Shown here: in pieces, positions 12,465 to 24,793 of the stretch
Position numbering within the stretch: position 1 is the first letter of the stretch
Layout of the letters: every line of letters starts with the position of its first letter
From: Octopus vulgaris
Lineage: Eukaryota
NCBI GenBank assembly: GCA_951406725.2
Contig: OX597828.1
Location: 21,080,001 to 21,144,000 of the forward strand
Length of the DNA: 64,000 nt
Direction of reading: 5' to 3'
Notes under the pieces: model-generated
What the model saw: the letters and a program-made list of their open reading frames with translations, nothing else
What the model was told of the DNA's origin: nothing
Databases searched by the model: none
Position numbers and translations under genes: made by a program

Positions 12465-12880
12465 GGATCTTTTCAGTTTGAACGGCAGTTTTTCTAGCAG
12501 TGTCATATGAAATTGTCACCCATAATTATGACCCTAGTATCGATCTATTGCATTTCAATCTGTTTTAGGGTTAGAGTTAGTTAGGGGGGGGGTATCTTTT
12601 TTCTTCACAAATGTAAATAAACCCAAATCTATTTCTTAAATGAGGGACATATTCATACGGCACAGAATGTTTTTTACCTCAATAGACGTCAGTGATTGGT
12701 TGAAATTGCAGAAATTGAAGAAGAAAAAAAACAACAAATATCTTACAAACTATAGAATTTTCTCAATAAAGCCAAGAGAAAAAGATGTTTTATAAACACA
12801 TTCTACCAGTATACGAAGTTTAAAATTTTTTAGTTACCTAGAAATTATGTTAAAAACTGCCGTTCAAACCGAAAAGATCC
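12465..12880. mobile_element. 416-bp MITE with GG termini and 8-bp TSD (Merlin-like; hAT not excluded)
   Basis: TIR ggatcttttc(a/g)gtttgaacggcagtt; TSD caaattct at 12457-12464 and 12881-12888. Confidence 0.85.
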
Positions 12881-13477
12881 CAAATTCTTCCTAAAGTAGG
12901 AATTATTATTATTATTAAGGCGCTAGGCAAAATGCTTTGCCTATCACTACATTCTGAGTGGTGATATTATTATTATTATTGTTACTCTTATGAAGGAAGT
13001 GAGCTGGCAGAATTGTAAGCATGCCAAACAAAAATGCTAAATGGAATTTCGTCTGTTTATACTTTCTGAATTCAAATTCTGCCTAGGTTTACATTGCCTA
13101 TCATCATTTTGGAGTAGATGTAATCAACTATTCAATTATCTGCAACCTTTCCTGCCTTGTGTCTGCAGTAGAAATGATTATTATTCTTGCTGTTGTGCCG
13201 GTGCCACATAAAAATTACCCATGCTGGCACCGTGTGTAAAGCACTGGTATTGGTGCCACATAAAAAGCACCCGGTAAACTCTGGTTGGCATTAGGAAAGG
13301 AAAGGCATCCAGCCGTAGAAACTCTGCTAAAGCAGACAAATGGAGCCTTGTGCAGCTTGCCAGTTTCTGTCAATCTGTCCGACCCATGCCAGCATGAAAA
13401 ACAGATGTTATAGGATGAGGATGATGATGTATCTTCTAATGCAATTGTGTTTTTTTTCCATTCTGTTGCTGCTTCAG

Positions 13478-13646
13478 GGAAGGCGACCAGGTTGATGATA
13501 TTTCACACGAAGATGACGTTGTGAAGAAGGTGACTTATCATGTCAAACTGTTGCAGTTTCACACCAACTACCGTCCTCCTTACTATGGCACCTGGAGGAA
13601 ATCCAGCAATGTCTTGTTAGCCAAAAATCCATGGAAGAAAGATACG
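13478..13646 (+). CDS. CHAF1A: CAF-1 p150 exon, conserved CAF1A core
   Basis: cttcag|G GAA...ACG|gtatg. Contains KLLQFHTNYRPPYYGTWRK...NPWKKDT, a hallmark p150/Cac1 motif. Confidence 0.95.
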
Positions 13647-14090
13647 GTATGCTGCTGTGTTTTTTTTTTGTGTGTGTGTGTGATTGGTTTTGTCCCCCAT
13701 GTTTTATTTCTCTCTGATCTCCTCCGTGACATAATACTGTGTTGCTTTGTATCAGTTCGCCAGTCCTGAAGAACATGATGTTGTGAGAATTGTATTAATC
13801 TGCATAGGGGATGTTTTGGCATTGCTGATTCAATGCTGACTTATTTGCCATTGGATGTTTTAATGTTTCTGTTATGCTTTGTCTGTATGCGTAATGTCCT
13901 CTCTCTCTCTCTGCAAGCATCTAGTTATGTTTGCATGTATGTGTAATATATCTCTCTCTCTCTCTCTCTCTTTCTCTTATTTCTCTGAGCATCTAGTTAT
14001 GTTAGTCTCTATCATCATCATCATCTATGTTTGTGTTTCTTATCTTCTCTTTCTCTCTCTGAGTCACTGACTCTGTGTATATGTGTACAT

Positions 14091-14470
14091 AGGCGCAGGA
14101 GTGGCTTTGTGGTAAGTAGCTTGTTTACCAACCACATGGTTCCGGGTTCAGTCTCACTGCGGGGCACCTTGGGCAAGTGTCTTCTGCTATAGCCTCGGGC
14201 CGACCAATGCCTTGTGAGTGGATTTGGTTGACAGAAACTGAAAGAAGCCTGTCGTATATATGTATATATATATGTATGTGTTTGTCCCCCTAGCATTGCT
14301 TGACAACCGATGCTGGTGTGTTTATGTCTCCGTCACTTAGCGGTTCGGCAAAAGACACCGATAGAATAAGTACTAGGCTTACACAGAATAAGTCCCGGGG
14401 TCGATTTGCTCGACTAAAGGCGGTGCTCCAGCATGGCCGCAGTCAAATGACTGAAACAGGTAAAAGAGTA
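14091..14470 (+). mobile_element. Abundant CORE-like SINE (ggcgcaggagtggctgtgtggtaag family). Other copies at 15161-15550, 16047-16635, 21495-21870, 21883-22225, 26868-27225, 34154-34563, 37231-37622, 42345-42765 and elsewhere
   Basis: Head ..gggttcagtccc, core gcaccttgggcaagtgtctt, internal (TA/TG)n, tail gcagtcaaatgactgaaacaagtaaaagag. Confidence 0.85.
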
Positions 14471-14764
14471 TATATTTGCCTCGTGTGCAAAAACATGTAA
14501 AATGTCCAAACAGATCTGTTCAATCATCTCATTCTTGGCTAACACTGGAACTCTCCGATGTAAGGGAGAACTCTGATCCCTTTTCATTCATTTCTGTTGT
14601 GTTACAGAATTGCCAAAGTGCAGGCTTGGCTGTGTGGTTAAGAAGCTCATTTTGCAGCCATGTGGGTTTGAGTTCAGTCCTACTGCATGGATCCTTAGAC
14701 AAGTGTCTTCTATATCCCTGGGCTGATCAATGCCTTGTGTAAGCCAGTTGGATATTTGTATGTA

Positions 14765-14796
<32 letters not shown>

Positions 14797-15122
14797 CATG
14801 TGTGAATGAGCAGAATAAAGCATGAGTTTTTTTCTTATATTATTATAATGTAATTAATTAAATAATCTTTACATGTGTTTCATTAGCAAATGCTGGTATG
14901 TTGTGTGGTAGTCGTTACGTAGACAATTGCACCATCACATTGAAATACCAGATCTTCAGAAAATAATAATTTGATCTATAGTTATTTACCAAGCTCAGTT
15001 GGCTGGCTAAATATGGACTATATATATAATGATTATTTCACTTAGACTGATAATGCTTTGGATCTGCTCAGGAATAAATCTGATCCAACTCTCTACCATC
15101 ATATACACCTACACACATGCAC

Positions 15123-15155
<33 letters not shown>

Positions 15156-16325
15156 CTTTTGGCGCAGGAGTGGCTGTGTGGTAAGTAGCTTGCTTACCAA
15201 CCACATGGTTCCGGGTTCAGTCCTACTGCGTGGCACCTAGGGCAAATGTCTTCTACTATAGCCTTGGGCTGACCAAAGCCTTGTGAGTGAATTTGGTAGA
15301 CGGAAACTGAAAAGAAGCCTGTCGTATATATGTATACATATATATGTATATTTGTGTCTGTGTTTGTCCCCCTTCCCCCAACATCGCTTGTCAACCGATG
15401 GTGGTGTGTTTACATCCCCATAACTTAGCGGTTCCACAAAAGAGACTGATATAATAAGTACTAAGCTTACAAAGAATAATCCTGGGTTCGACTAAAGGTG
15501 GTGCTCCAGCATGGCTGCTGTCAAATGACTGAAATAAGTAAAAGAGTTAAAGATATTTTATATATGTATATATAATCCATGTGGCCTAAAGTATGACAGG
15601 TTTGTTGTGTGGTAAGGAGTTTGCCTCTCAACCTCATAGTTTCGGGTTCATTCACAGTGTGGCACCCTGGACAAATGTTATCTACTATAACCCCAGGCCA
15701 CACAAGTTCTTTTGAGTAGATTTGCTAAGCAGAAACTGCAAGAAGTCTGTTGTGTGTTTGTGTGTGTATGTATGTATGTATATATATAAAATATTAGGAA
15801 AAAAACACCTTTTATCAATTCAAAATGAATAATTAAATTACACCATCTAGAAAATTACTTATAATAGAAAAGTTAAAATTAAAATAACAATTAAAAAGTA
15901 ATTAAAAGGTGTTTTTTTTTCTAATATTTTATATATATATTATATTGTGTGGAATTTGATTTAGTATTTCTAAATTGAATTCTTTTTCCTTGTAAGTTTG
16001 GATTTTATTCCCTCAAATAATAATTATATATATATATATATATACAGGCGCAGGAGTGGCTGTGTGGTAAGTAGCTTGCTAACCAACCACATGGTTCCGG
16101 GTTCAGTCCCACTGCGTGGCATTTTGGGCAAGTGTCTTCTGCTATACCCCTGGGCCGACCAATGCCTTGTGAGTGGATTTGGTAGACGGAAACTGAAAGA
16201 AGCCTGTCGTATATATGTATATATATATATATATATAGTTAATCCAAACAAGAAAACACAACAACGCTAGGACTTAGAACAAATATAGTATTATTGGATG
16301 CTCAGGAAAGAAGGGAAGAAGGAGG

Positions 16326-16360
16326 GTTTAACGTTTCGAGCGTAGCTCTTCGTCGGAAAC
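16326..16360 (-). ncRNA. Minimal type I hammerhead-like motif (CCGACGA core) in a Penelope-like fragment at about 16236-16430
   Basis: Minus strand reads GTTT-CCGACGA-A-GAGC-TAC-GCTC-GAAAC-GTT-AAAC; stems I and II pair perfectly. Confidence 0.6.
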
Positions 16361-16634
16361 ATAGGAGAAGGGAAGACAGAGGAAAAAAAATCGCCAACGG
16401 TACACACGAGGTCACATTTTTTCAATATATATATATTTGTATGTGTGTTTGTCCCCCTAGCATTGCTTGACAACTGATGCTGGTGTGTTTACGTCCCCGT
16501 TCGGCAAAAGAGACCGATAGAATAAGTACTGGGCTTACAAAGAATATGTCCTGGGGTTGATTTGGTCGACTAAAGGCGGTGCTCCAACATGGCCGCAGTC
16601 AAATGACTGAAACAAGTAAAAGAGAGTAAAGAGT

Positions 16635-17225
16635 ATACCATGTATACTCGAGTAGTAGTCGATCTCATGTAAAAGTCGACCCTAGTATTTCACGAACAAC
16701 TGGACATTTGTGGGTCAAGGTACCATATAAAATTGTGTGGCTACCTTCCTGTAGCCTGCTCTGCAGGTGGAATGTTTGGTGCTTATAGTAAAACACCATT
16801 TAATAGCGGGCACCACACATCTGTTGATGGATGTTACATCACCATTTCTAAAATGTACACACAGGATATGCTGCAAGCACAATAAGCATATCAGTCATAC
16901 ACTCATTGTTTACATGGCGAACACTGACAAACGCCATTATCTGAATTCGAACAAAGGCATGACTTTGGTAAGCCTAAAAACATTCAATTAATCGCTAGAC
17001 CTTTATATCTTACTAGGATGTGTGTTTTGGTAATAATACTGTAATTTGTTGTGTTTTTGTTTTCATTCACTTAGAGATCAGTTGGGCCTGTTGTTGTTGA
17101 TTGATATGGTACTTTGGATTCTAGCTTGAATTTCAGCCCCTCAAAAGTAGTATCCATGTAATAGTTGACCCCATAAATTTGACTTTAAAAATGGTCTAAA
17201 AAATTTGGCTTTTACACGTGTACAC
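16635..17225. mobile_element. Degenerate Tc2/pogo-like non-autonomous DNA element
   Basis: Left end taccatgtatactcgagtagtagtcga; the right end is degenerate (ttggcttttacacgtgtac). Confidence 0.35.
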
Positions 17226-17712
17226 ACACACATGCGCGTGCCTGTTAGCAGTTAAAACCAAAACGGTAAAATTAATAAAGTGGCATCGGCAATTGCTAGA
17301 AATGAGTCAAAATTTAACTCTAACAACCATATAAAGCACTAACCTCTATGAGGTATATGGGAATTCACATGTATATACATATGTGAAATTTAATATATAT
17401 GAAGACCAAGTGTATTTGTTTTGTTTTTTTGCATCATTCTCTCCATATATATGTGTGTGTGTGTCTGACTGTTAATCTCCCGCTGTTGCTTGACAGTCCA
17501 TTTTTGTTTTTATGTTAGTGTGTCTCAGCAATTCAGCAAGTGACCTATGAAATAAATACCAAACCCCCAAAAATACTGGGGTCGATTTGTTCAACCGAAA
17601 CCCTTTGAAAATAAAAGACACCCACACACACATGCACACACCCACATGCGCATGTGCCCTGTTTGATGTCGTGTGGAAAGAAGGCTTCAGTGTTTATATA
17701 TTTCCATTTCAG

Positions 17713-17790
17713 GCACTTTTTGATTACGAAGTTGATAGTGATGATGAATGGGAAGAAGAAGAACCAGGAGAGAGTTTATCTTCATCGGAG
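17713..17790 (+). CDS. CHAF1A: CAF-1 p150 exon, start of the acidic (ED) domain
   Basis: tttcag|GCA...GAG|gtaag. Translates ALFDYEVDSDDEWEEEEPGESLSSSE (hallmark DYEVDSDEEWEEEEPGESL). Confidence 0.97.
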
Positions 17791-18210
17791 GTAAGTTGAT
17801 TTTATTTTTTTTTTATCTGTTTCATTTTTAACCCTTTTGTTACTAACCCGGCCAAGACCGGCTCTGGCTCTGAATACGAATGTCTTGTTTTCATAAGTTT
17901 TGAATTAAAATCTTCCACGAAACCTTAGTCACAATTTATGTTCCTGACTTTAGCTTAATGTTGGCTAAGTTATTTTACTAAATTCTTTGTTATAGTTAAA
18001 GTAATTGAAAGAAACACAGAGCATCTCAAAAATAAATACGGTAACGAAAGGGTTAATAGACTTGTTAGATTTTAATCCCTTTATAAAATTATTTAGTAGC
18101 AGTAGTCTACATTTAATATAGTTCTCAGGGGCTCTTAGTATGATGCAGAATATGACGAGTCTGGCCTGTGGAATTACAGGTACGACTAAATGGTTTTAGA
18201 ATTTTAGAAT

Positions 18211-18448
18211 AAGGCGGCGAGCTGGCAGAAACGTTAGCACGCCGGGCGAAATGCTTAGCGGTATTTCGTCTGCGTTACGTTGTGAGTTCAAATCCCGCCG
18301 AGGTCGACTTTGCCTTTCATCCTTTCGGGGTCGATAAATTAAGTACCAGTTACGCACTGGGGGTTGATGTAATCGACTTAATACCTATGTCTGTCCTTGT
18401 TTGTCCCCTCTGTGTTTAGTCCCTTGTGGGTAATAAAGAAATAGGTTT
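18211..18448 (+). mobile_element. Young copy of the Meta-domain-like SINE. Also at 22983-23215, 25842-26057, 39373-39598(-), 58105-58572 (tandem)
   Basis: aaggcggcgagctggcagaaacgttagcac...aaagaaatagg, flanked by a duplicated ggttttagaattt. Confidence 0.85.
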
Positions 18449-18564
18449 TAGAATTTTGACTTCAGAACAGCTTTATTTTATTGTTAAAAAAAATTTCTTT
18501 GTAATTCTTGTAAAAGTATTTCGGCGTATTTCATTGCTTCAATTTCCGATATTTTCCACTTTAG

Positions 18565-18672
18565 GAAGAGGAAGAGAAAGACGACAAAGAAGATGATGAA
18601 GATGAAGAGGATGGCTGGATGGTACCTCATGGCTATTTGTCTGAAGGGGAAGGCTGTGTTGAAGATGATGAG
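18565..18672 (+). CDS. CHAF1A: CAF-1 p150 exon, acidic domain
   Basis: ctttag|GAA...GAG|gtac. Translates EEEEKDDKEDDEDEEDGWMVPHGYLSEGEGCVEDDE (hallmark DGFFVPHGYLSEDEG). Confidence 0.96.
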
Positions 18673-19525
18673 GTACATTTTATGTTGGTGTCTATGTATG
18701 TCTTGAAGCCCCTAAGAGAAGAACAAATGTTCACAAACCCATTTCCCTCTGCTTACCATTCCGTCTTTGTTCATGTGTGTGTGTGTGTGTATTATTATTG
18801 TTGTTGTTTAACATTCTCTTGTACGGGTCAGATGGAATTAATTCAGGTAGGGTTTCTACAGCTGGAGACCCTTCGAATTGCCAGCCCTCACCTGTTTTCA
18901 AACAGGGTACTATTTACTCACAGCTAGACATGTTCTTCATGGAAGACTGCTTGTATGATGGTGATGCTCATTTACAGCCATCAAGTGATGTTGAGACGAG
19001 TACACAAGCATGTGCATGCACACACATATATATATACAAGTACAGATACACAAATACACACACACATATATATTTTTAAAAATCCAAATTGAGGAAATGG
19101 CTACATGTTTCCTAGTTTTTTCATTTTATCAAACTTCAATATGGGAAAAGCCTGCAACTTTCTACATCAATAAACCATTGTTGTTCCTGGAAGTTGTTTT
19201 TTATAGCTTCAACAGACTGCTCCAAGCTTACTAACTTCCTATATCTTGATTCTTGGAACTTACAGTTTACATATCATTATATATATTTGTGTGTGTGATC
19301 TTGTGTTCAGTTCTATTGCGTGACACCTTGGGCAAGTATCTTGTCCTACAACCCTAAGCCGAACAAATCCTTGTGAATGGATTTGGTACACGGAAACTGA
19401 AAGGAGCACATCATGTGTGTGTGTATGGATATATGCGTGTTTGTGCTTCCTTGTCTTCTACTATAGCCTCAGGCTGACCAAAGCCATGTAGGTGGATTTG
19501 GTGGGCGGAAACTGAAAGAAGCCCA

Positions 19526-19722
19526 TGGGCATATGGCATAGTGGTTAAGAGCGCGGGCTACTAACCCCAAGATTCTGAGTTTGATTCCAGGCAGTGACCT
19601 GAATAATAATAATAATATCGAAAAATACCTTATGACACCTGATGAAGGCTGGAGGGTATATTAGCTGATACGTTGTGTTAACAACAAACAGATGAGGACA
19701 AATATCCGTCAAATATAAATAA
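19526..19722 (+). mobile_element. Hammerhead-bearing tRNA-headed element with an 11-bp TSD, inserted in a CORE-like SINE
   Basis: TSD tgaaagaagcc at 19513-19523 and 19723-19733. Head tggcatagtggttaagagcgcgggctactaac; HHR motif at 19634-19679. Confidence 0.75.
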
Positions 19723-20123
19723 TGAAAGAAGCCTATCATGTATGTGTGTATGTATATATATATATTTGTGTGTCTGTGTTTGTCCTCCTACTGTCGCCTG
19801 ACAATCGATGTTGGTGTGTTTACAGTTCGGCAAAAGAAACTGATAGAATAAGTACTAGGCTTGCAAAGAATAAGTTCTGGGGCTGATTTGTTCGACTAAA
19901 GGCGGTGCTCCAGCATGGCTGCAGTCAAATGACTGAAACAAGTAAAAGAATTAAAAAAATATGATGATGATGATGATGATATAATTAATGGTAGAACAGC
20001 TCTCTGCATATTCAACATTTTCATTTGTAAACTTCACTTGTTCTGTATCTTCCAGGTATTTAGTAATAAGCTTTTGTGTTTTTTTTAACACCCTTTTATT
20101 TCATTTCCTAATTCAAACAGCAG

Positions 20124-20279
20124 GTGACTCCTGAAATATTGAAGGCCCGCCGAGCTGCCAAAGCTGAAATATGGGAGAGACAGAGAAATCAGCAAGGTCT
20201 GCCTCACAAACCAGAATACATTGGCTGTATATGGGATGGATCTGGGAAAAGTGATGTTAATATATTCAATGAATACAGG
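20124..20279 (+). CDS. CHAF1A: CAF-1 p150 exon; alternative NAGNAG start at 20121
   Basis: aacagcag|GTG...AGG|gtctg. Translates VTPEILKARRAAKAEIWERQRNQQGLPHKPEYIGCIWDGSGKSDVNIFNEYR. Confidence 0.88.
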
Positions 20280-20623
20280 GTCTGTATCTTAGACGTTTTT
20301 TTTTTTCTTTCTTTCTTTCTTTTTTTTTTCAAAATTATTTTGTTAGTTTGTTTCTATACTGCACATGTGTACATGTTGTGTTTGTATAATATAAATGTGC
20401 ATTTGTCTCTGTGTATGTACATACATACACACACACTTATACATGAGCACACATGCATAATTTAGACATGTTTGTTCTCTTCTCAGTTTTGTTCCCTCCT
20501 TGTATTTTCTTTCTGTAGAAGAGTGTATGCTTGAAATGTAAAAGATTTGACCATCTACTTAGCCAGAAAATAAACCTAAAACATTTATATATACAAGTAT
20601 GTGTGTGTGTGTGTGTGTATATA

Positions 20624-20909
20624 TCTTTATATATAAAAGTGAAGTTGTGTGTCTGTCTCCTACGATTTAGATTCCTAACTACTCCCACATTTTGCGGTGC
20701 AGTGTAACCAAAAGCGGGTATCTTATAGTCGTGATTCTGGGTATTAGCGCGCGTCTATGATGAGTCTACAATTTTAAAAAAAATTTACCATCATTTTTTT
20801 CCCATTTTTAATGCATTTTTTTGCTATTATATAAGGAAAGTAACTCTCTAAAAATGCTTATATAGTTATTTCCCTTACAAACCCGAGCAACGCCGGGCGA
20901 TACTGCTAG
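20624..20909 (+). mobile_element. Non-autonomous Helitron
   Basis: A|TC start, subterminal hairpin cccgagcaacgccggg, CTAG|T end. Confidence 0.85.
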
Positions 20910-22491
20910 TATATATATATATATATATATATGTATACACATGTATATTTGTGTGTGTGTATGCAAAATAAAAATGGTTTTGGTTGTATGTAGGTTACAT
21001 TTTTACCATTTACTCTTGCTTCAATAATTAGACTGTGACCATGCTAAGGCACAAAGACACAGAGACATATATATATGTATGTATGTATGATATATATTTA
21101 TATATGATGGGCTTCTTTCAGTTTCCATCTACCAAATCTACTCACGTGGCTTTGGTCAACCTGACGCTATAGTAGAAGATACTTGCCCACTTGTGTGATA
21201 CCTTTGGCAAGTGTCTTCTAGTATAACCTCAGGCTGACCAAAGCCTTCCTTGTGAGTAGATTAGGTAGGCAGAAACTGAAAGAAGCCTGTTGTGTGTGTG
21301 TATGTATATATATAGCTGTGTGTGTCTTTGTGTTTGTGGCCTGCAACTTAGTGGTTTGGCAAAAATGACTGATAGAATAAGCTCTAGGATTAAAAATGAG
21401 TCCCAGTGTCGATTTGTTTGACTAAAACCCTTCAAGGTGGTGCTCCAGTATGGCTGCAGTCAAGTTACTGAAATAAGTAAAAGATAAAATACAAGCACAG
21501 GATGTGGCTGTGTGGTAAGTAGCTTGCTTACTAACCACATGGTTCTGGGTTCAGTCCCACTGCATGGCAATTTGGGCAAGTGTCTTCTACTAAAGCCTCG
21601 GGCCAACCAAAGCTTTGCGAGTGAATTTGGTGGACGGAAACTGAAATAATCCCAATGTATATATGTATGTGTGTTTGTTCCCCCAACATTGCTTGACAAC
21701 CGATGCTGGTGTGTCTACGTCCCCGTAACTTAGCGGGTCGGCAAAATAGACCGATACAATATGTACTAAGCTTACAAAGAATAAGTCCTGGGGTTGATTT
21801 GTTCGACTAAAGGCAGTGCTCCAGCATTGCGACAATCAAATGACTGAAACAAATTAATGAGTAAAAGAAAATATATACATATAGGTGCAGGAGTGGCTGT
21901 GTGGTAAGTAGCTTGCTTACCAATCACATGGTTCCAGGTTCATTCCCACTGTGTGGCACCTTGGGCAAGTGTCTTCTACTATAGCCTCGGGCCGACCAAA
22001 GCCTTGTGAGTGGATTTGGTAGACGGAAACTGAAAGAAGCCCTTCATGTGTGTGTGTCAGTATATGTTTATGTGTCTGTGTTTGTCCACCCAACATTGCT
22101 TGACAACTGATGGTGGTGTGTTTATGTCCCCATAACTTAGCGGTTCAACAAAAAACACCGATAGAATAAGTACTAGGCTTACAAAGAATAAGTCTAGGGG
22201 TCGATTTGCTCGACAAGTAAAAGAATATATATACATTTATATATATTGACATATATATGCATGTATGTTTATGTGTGTGTGCATGCAAACCAAAGGTACC
22301 TTTTTAAGATCATTTTATGCTAGAAAGCTGATTTTTGGCATTGAATAAAGATCGATGAATTAAATACTAAAGTGGTGGCTAGGGTCAATATAATCGATCA
22401 AATCCCTTGAGGGTACTAGTGACCTAACATTGCCGCTGACCAATTATTAGAGAATATAACTTATGAGTTGTTATTGTTCCTTTTTTGTTAG

Positions 22492-22612
22492 GTGACCATC
22501 ATAAATGGAGAAATGCCAATTACTACATCCCATAATAGAGCCCCGAAAGATGTGGAACCTACGGAGAACAAGTCTGGGAATAACCTGAAGAAACGTATTG
22601 TTCCAGAAGAAG
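22492..22612 (+). CDS. CHAF1A: CAF-1 p150 exon
   Basis: tgttag|GTG...GAAG|gtatg. Translates VTIINGEMPITTSHNRAPKDVEPTENKSGNNLKKRIVPEE; the phase-1 end matches the last exon. Confidence 0.85.
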
Positions 22613-23435
22613 GTATGTATATAGAAATGTCTTTATCATCGTTTAACATATGTGTTGGCATGGATGGATTGGACAGTTTGATTTGGAACTGATGGATCCT
22701 ACGACTACATTGTGTTCCAGTGTTCGTGGTTTCTGCAGCCCTAAACCCTCCTAAACACCAACCACTTTACAGTGTGTACCAGGTGCATTTTTGTGCCATC
22801 AGCACTGTTGAGGTCACTGTATAGATTGTAAATCTTAGAAAAATCCAGAGAGGGATGCTTTCTCTGTATCGGTTCTACTTCTGTCTTCTCTCTTATTTAG
22901 TTGGAACATGGATTCCCTTGACCCTTCTCATTCCCAGATACCATCAGAAAATCTCCTGATTGATGTGTATAGGGTATGGTATAAGGCGGCGAGCTGGCAG
23001 AACGTTAGCACACCGGGCGAAATGCTTTGTGGTATTTCGTCTGTCTTTACGTTCTGTGTTCAAATTCCGCCGAGGTTGACTTTGCCTTTCATCCTTTCGG
23101 GGTCGATAAATAAAGTACCAGTTACGCACTGGGGTCGATATAATCGACTTAATCCGTTTGTCTCCTTGTTTGTCCCTTCTGTGTTTAGCCCCTTGTGGGT
23201 AGTAAAGAAATGGGTATATGGTGGTGGCAGTGTCAACGACAACAATTGTGGTGGTGGTTGAGGTGAAAGATGGTCATAGAAATAATAATATTTGCGTAGT
23301 TGATAGTGTTGTAAAGATGGTGGAAACTGATAGTAGTTGCAGTAATGATTGTGATGGTATGAATGATGATGATGATGATGATGAGACAAGTGGTGGTGAT
23401 GATATTGCTAATTGATGTTCTTGTTTATGTTGCAG

Positions 23436-24793
23436 CTCTTCCAGATTTGATCAAGTTTGTCCACGGAAGTCGTACCGGCATCAAGAAGCTCGTTGTTGAA
23501 TTCCAATCTTACTGGAATATGCAACATGCTAATATGGTTGCGAAAATGGCCCAAGAGGAGTCAAAGACGGAACCAAGCAGCGACATCACACCAGGCACCC
23601 CGGGCGAAAAAAGCGATGCCTGTAAACAGAACAGCACTCCCAACACGTCTGTGACTGAAACCGATGCTCCAGAAGAAAACTCCATCATCTCTAAACGCCA
23701 GCTAGAAAAGAAGATATTAGCGATAGCGGTGAGAGAAAAGAGGGTTGATTACTCCAAGATCTGCTGGTATGTTCACAATGATATTAGGAAACAATATGGC
23801 CTTGAAGATTTACCATTGAAGGACAAAACGTCTGAGATAAAAGCTCAAGAAGAACAGATGGCAGCAGCTGCCGCTTTGCAGTCTACGAAGAATTCCCAGC
23901 AGTCATTACCAACGACGCTTGAAGCAAAAACACCGAATGGTAAAGGCGGAAGTAATGACAAAACTCCTGCTCGTCCTGCACCTAGTGACCAGATGTCCAT
24001 ACTCAGCTTTGCCCAGACGTCCGATAAATTGAGCTCCGTCCGAACTGTTGCAGCTGTAGCCGACAGTGTCAGCTGCAGCAGTAGCAGCAGCAGCAACAAC
24101 AACAACAACAGCAACAATGGTGATATTGTTGTAACAAATGATATCAAAGATAATGCTAAATCGCCCGCTAAGAAGCCTTTACCTCGTGACCAGATGTCTA
24201 TCTTGAATTTCACAAAGGCAGCTCCACAGAGTTCAGAAAAAACGGCTTTGCCGAGTACAGTGAAGGCAGATCAGCAGAGTAGGGATAAATCTGTGTCTTT
24301 GAAGAACGCAGACAGTAGCTCGATGTGTGACAGTGTCATCGTTATAGACGATACTAATGATTATAACAGCAGTGAATCCAAGACAAATACTGATGGTAAG
24401 AGTGTGGAATTGAAGACTAGTGGTGAAAGTAAGACTGTTGAAATGAAAGAGGCCAGAGGCGAAGGTAGCAACGTTGATGATATGAAACCAAGCATCAATT
24501 GTGCGAGTAAAAGCAGCTGTGACAGCAGTGTAACGAAACCAAATGTCAATGGAGATTGCAATGATGTAAAGCCAAGCAGCACTTCTGAAAGTATTGAGGG
24601 CAAACCGGGATGTGTAAATTTAGATCCAGTGAAGGAACCCATGAAGGATGAAACGACTCCTGATTTCAAAAAGTCGGTAAACCCACAGACATCAACAGAT
24701 ATCCTGCCTGCCACAGATCATTCCGTTTCTCCCCAGAATTGTAATTCTACTGATGTAGAGATGGTTGAGGAACCAAAATCAACCACTGGGTGA
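23436..24793 (+). CDS. CHAF1A: CAF-1 p150 terminal exon: winged-helix domain plus long low-complexity tail, ending at TGA
   Basis: ttgcag|CT CTT CCA. Contains LPDLIKFVHGS...ISKRQLEKKILAIAVREKR...CWYVH (Cac1/p150 WHD) and lies within the 476-aa ORF 23363-24793. Confidence 0.93.

Noticed and set aside
23363-23435. ATG start of the 476-aa ORF
   Set aside because: The poly-Met comes from a (GAT)n repeat in the intron; the real exon starts at the acceptor at 23436.
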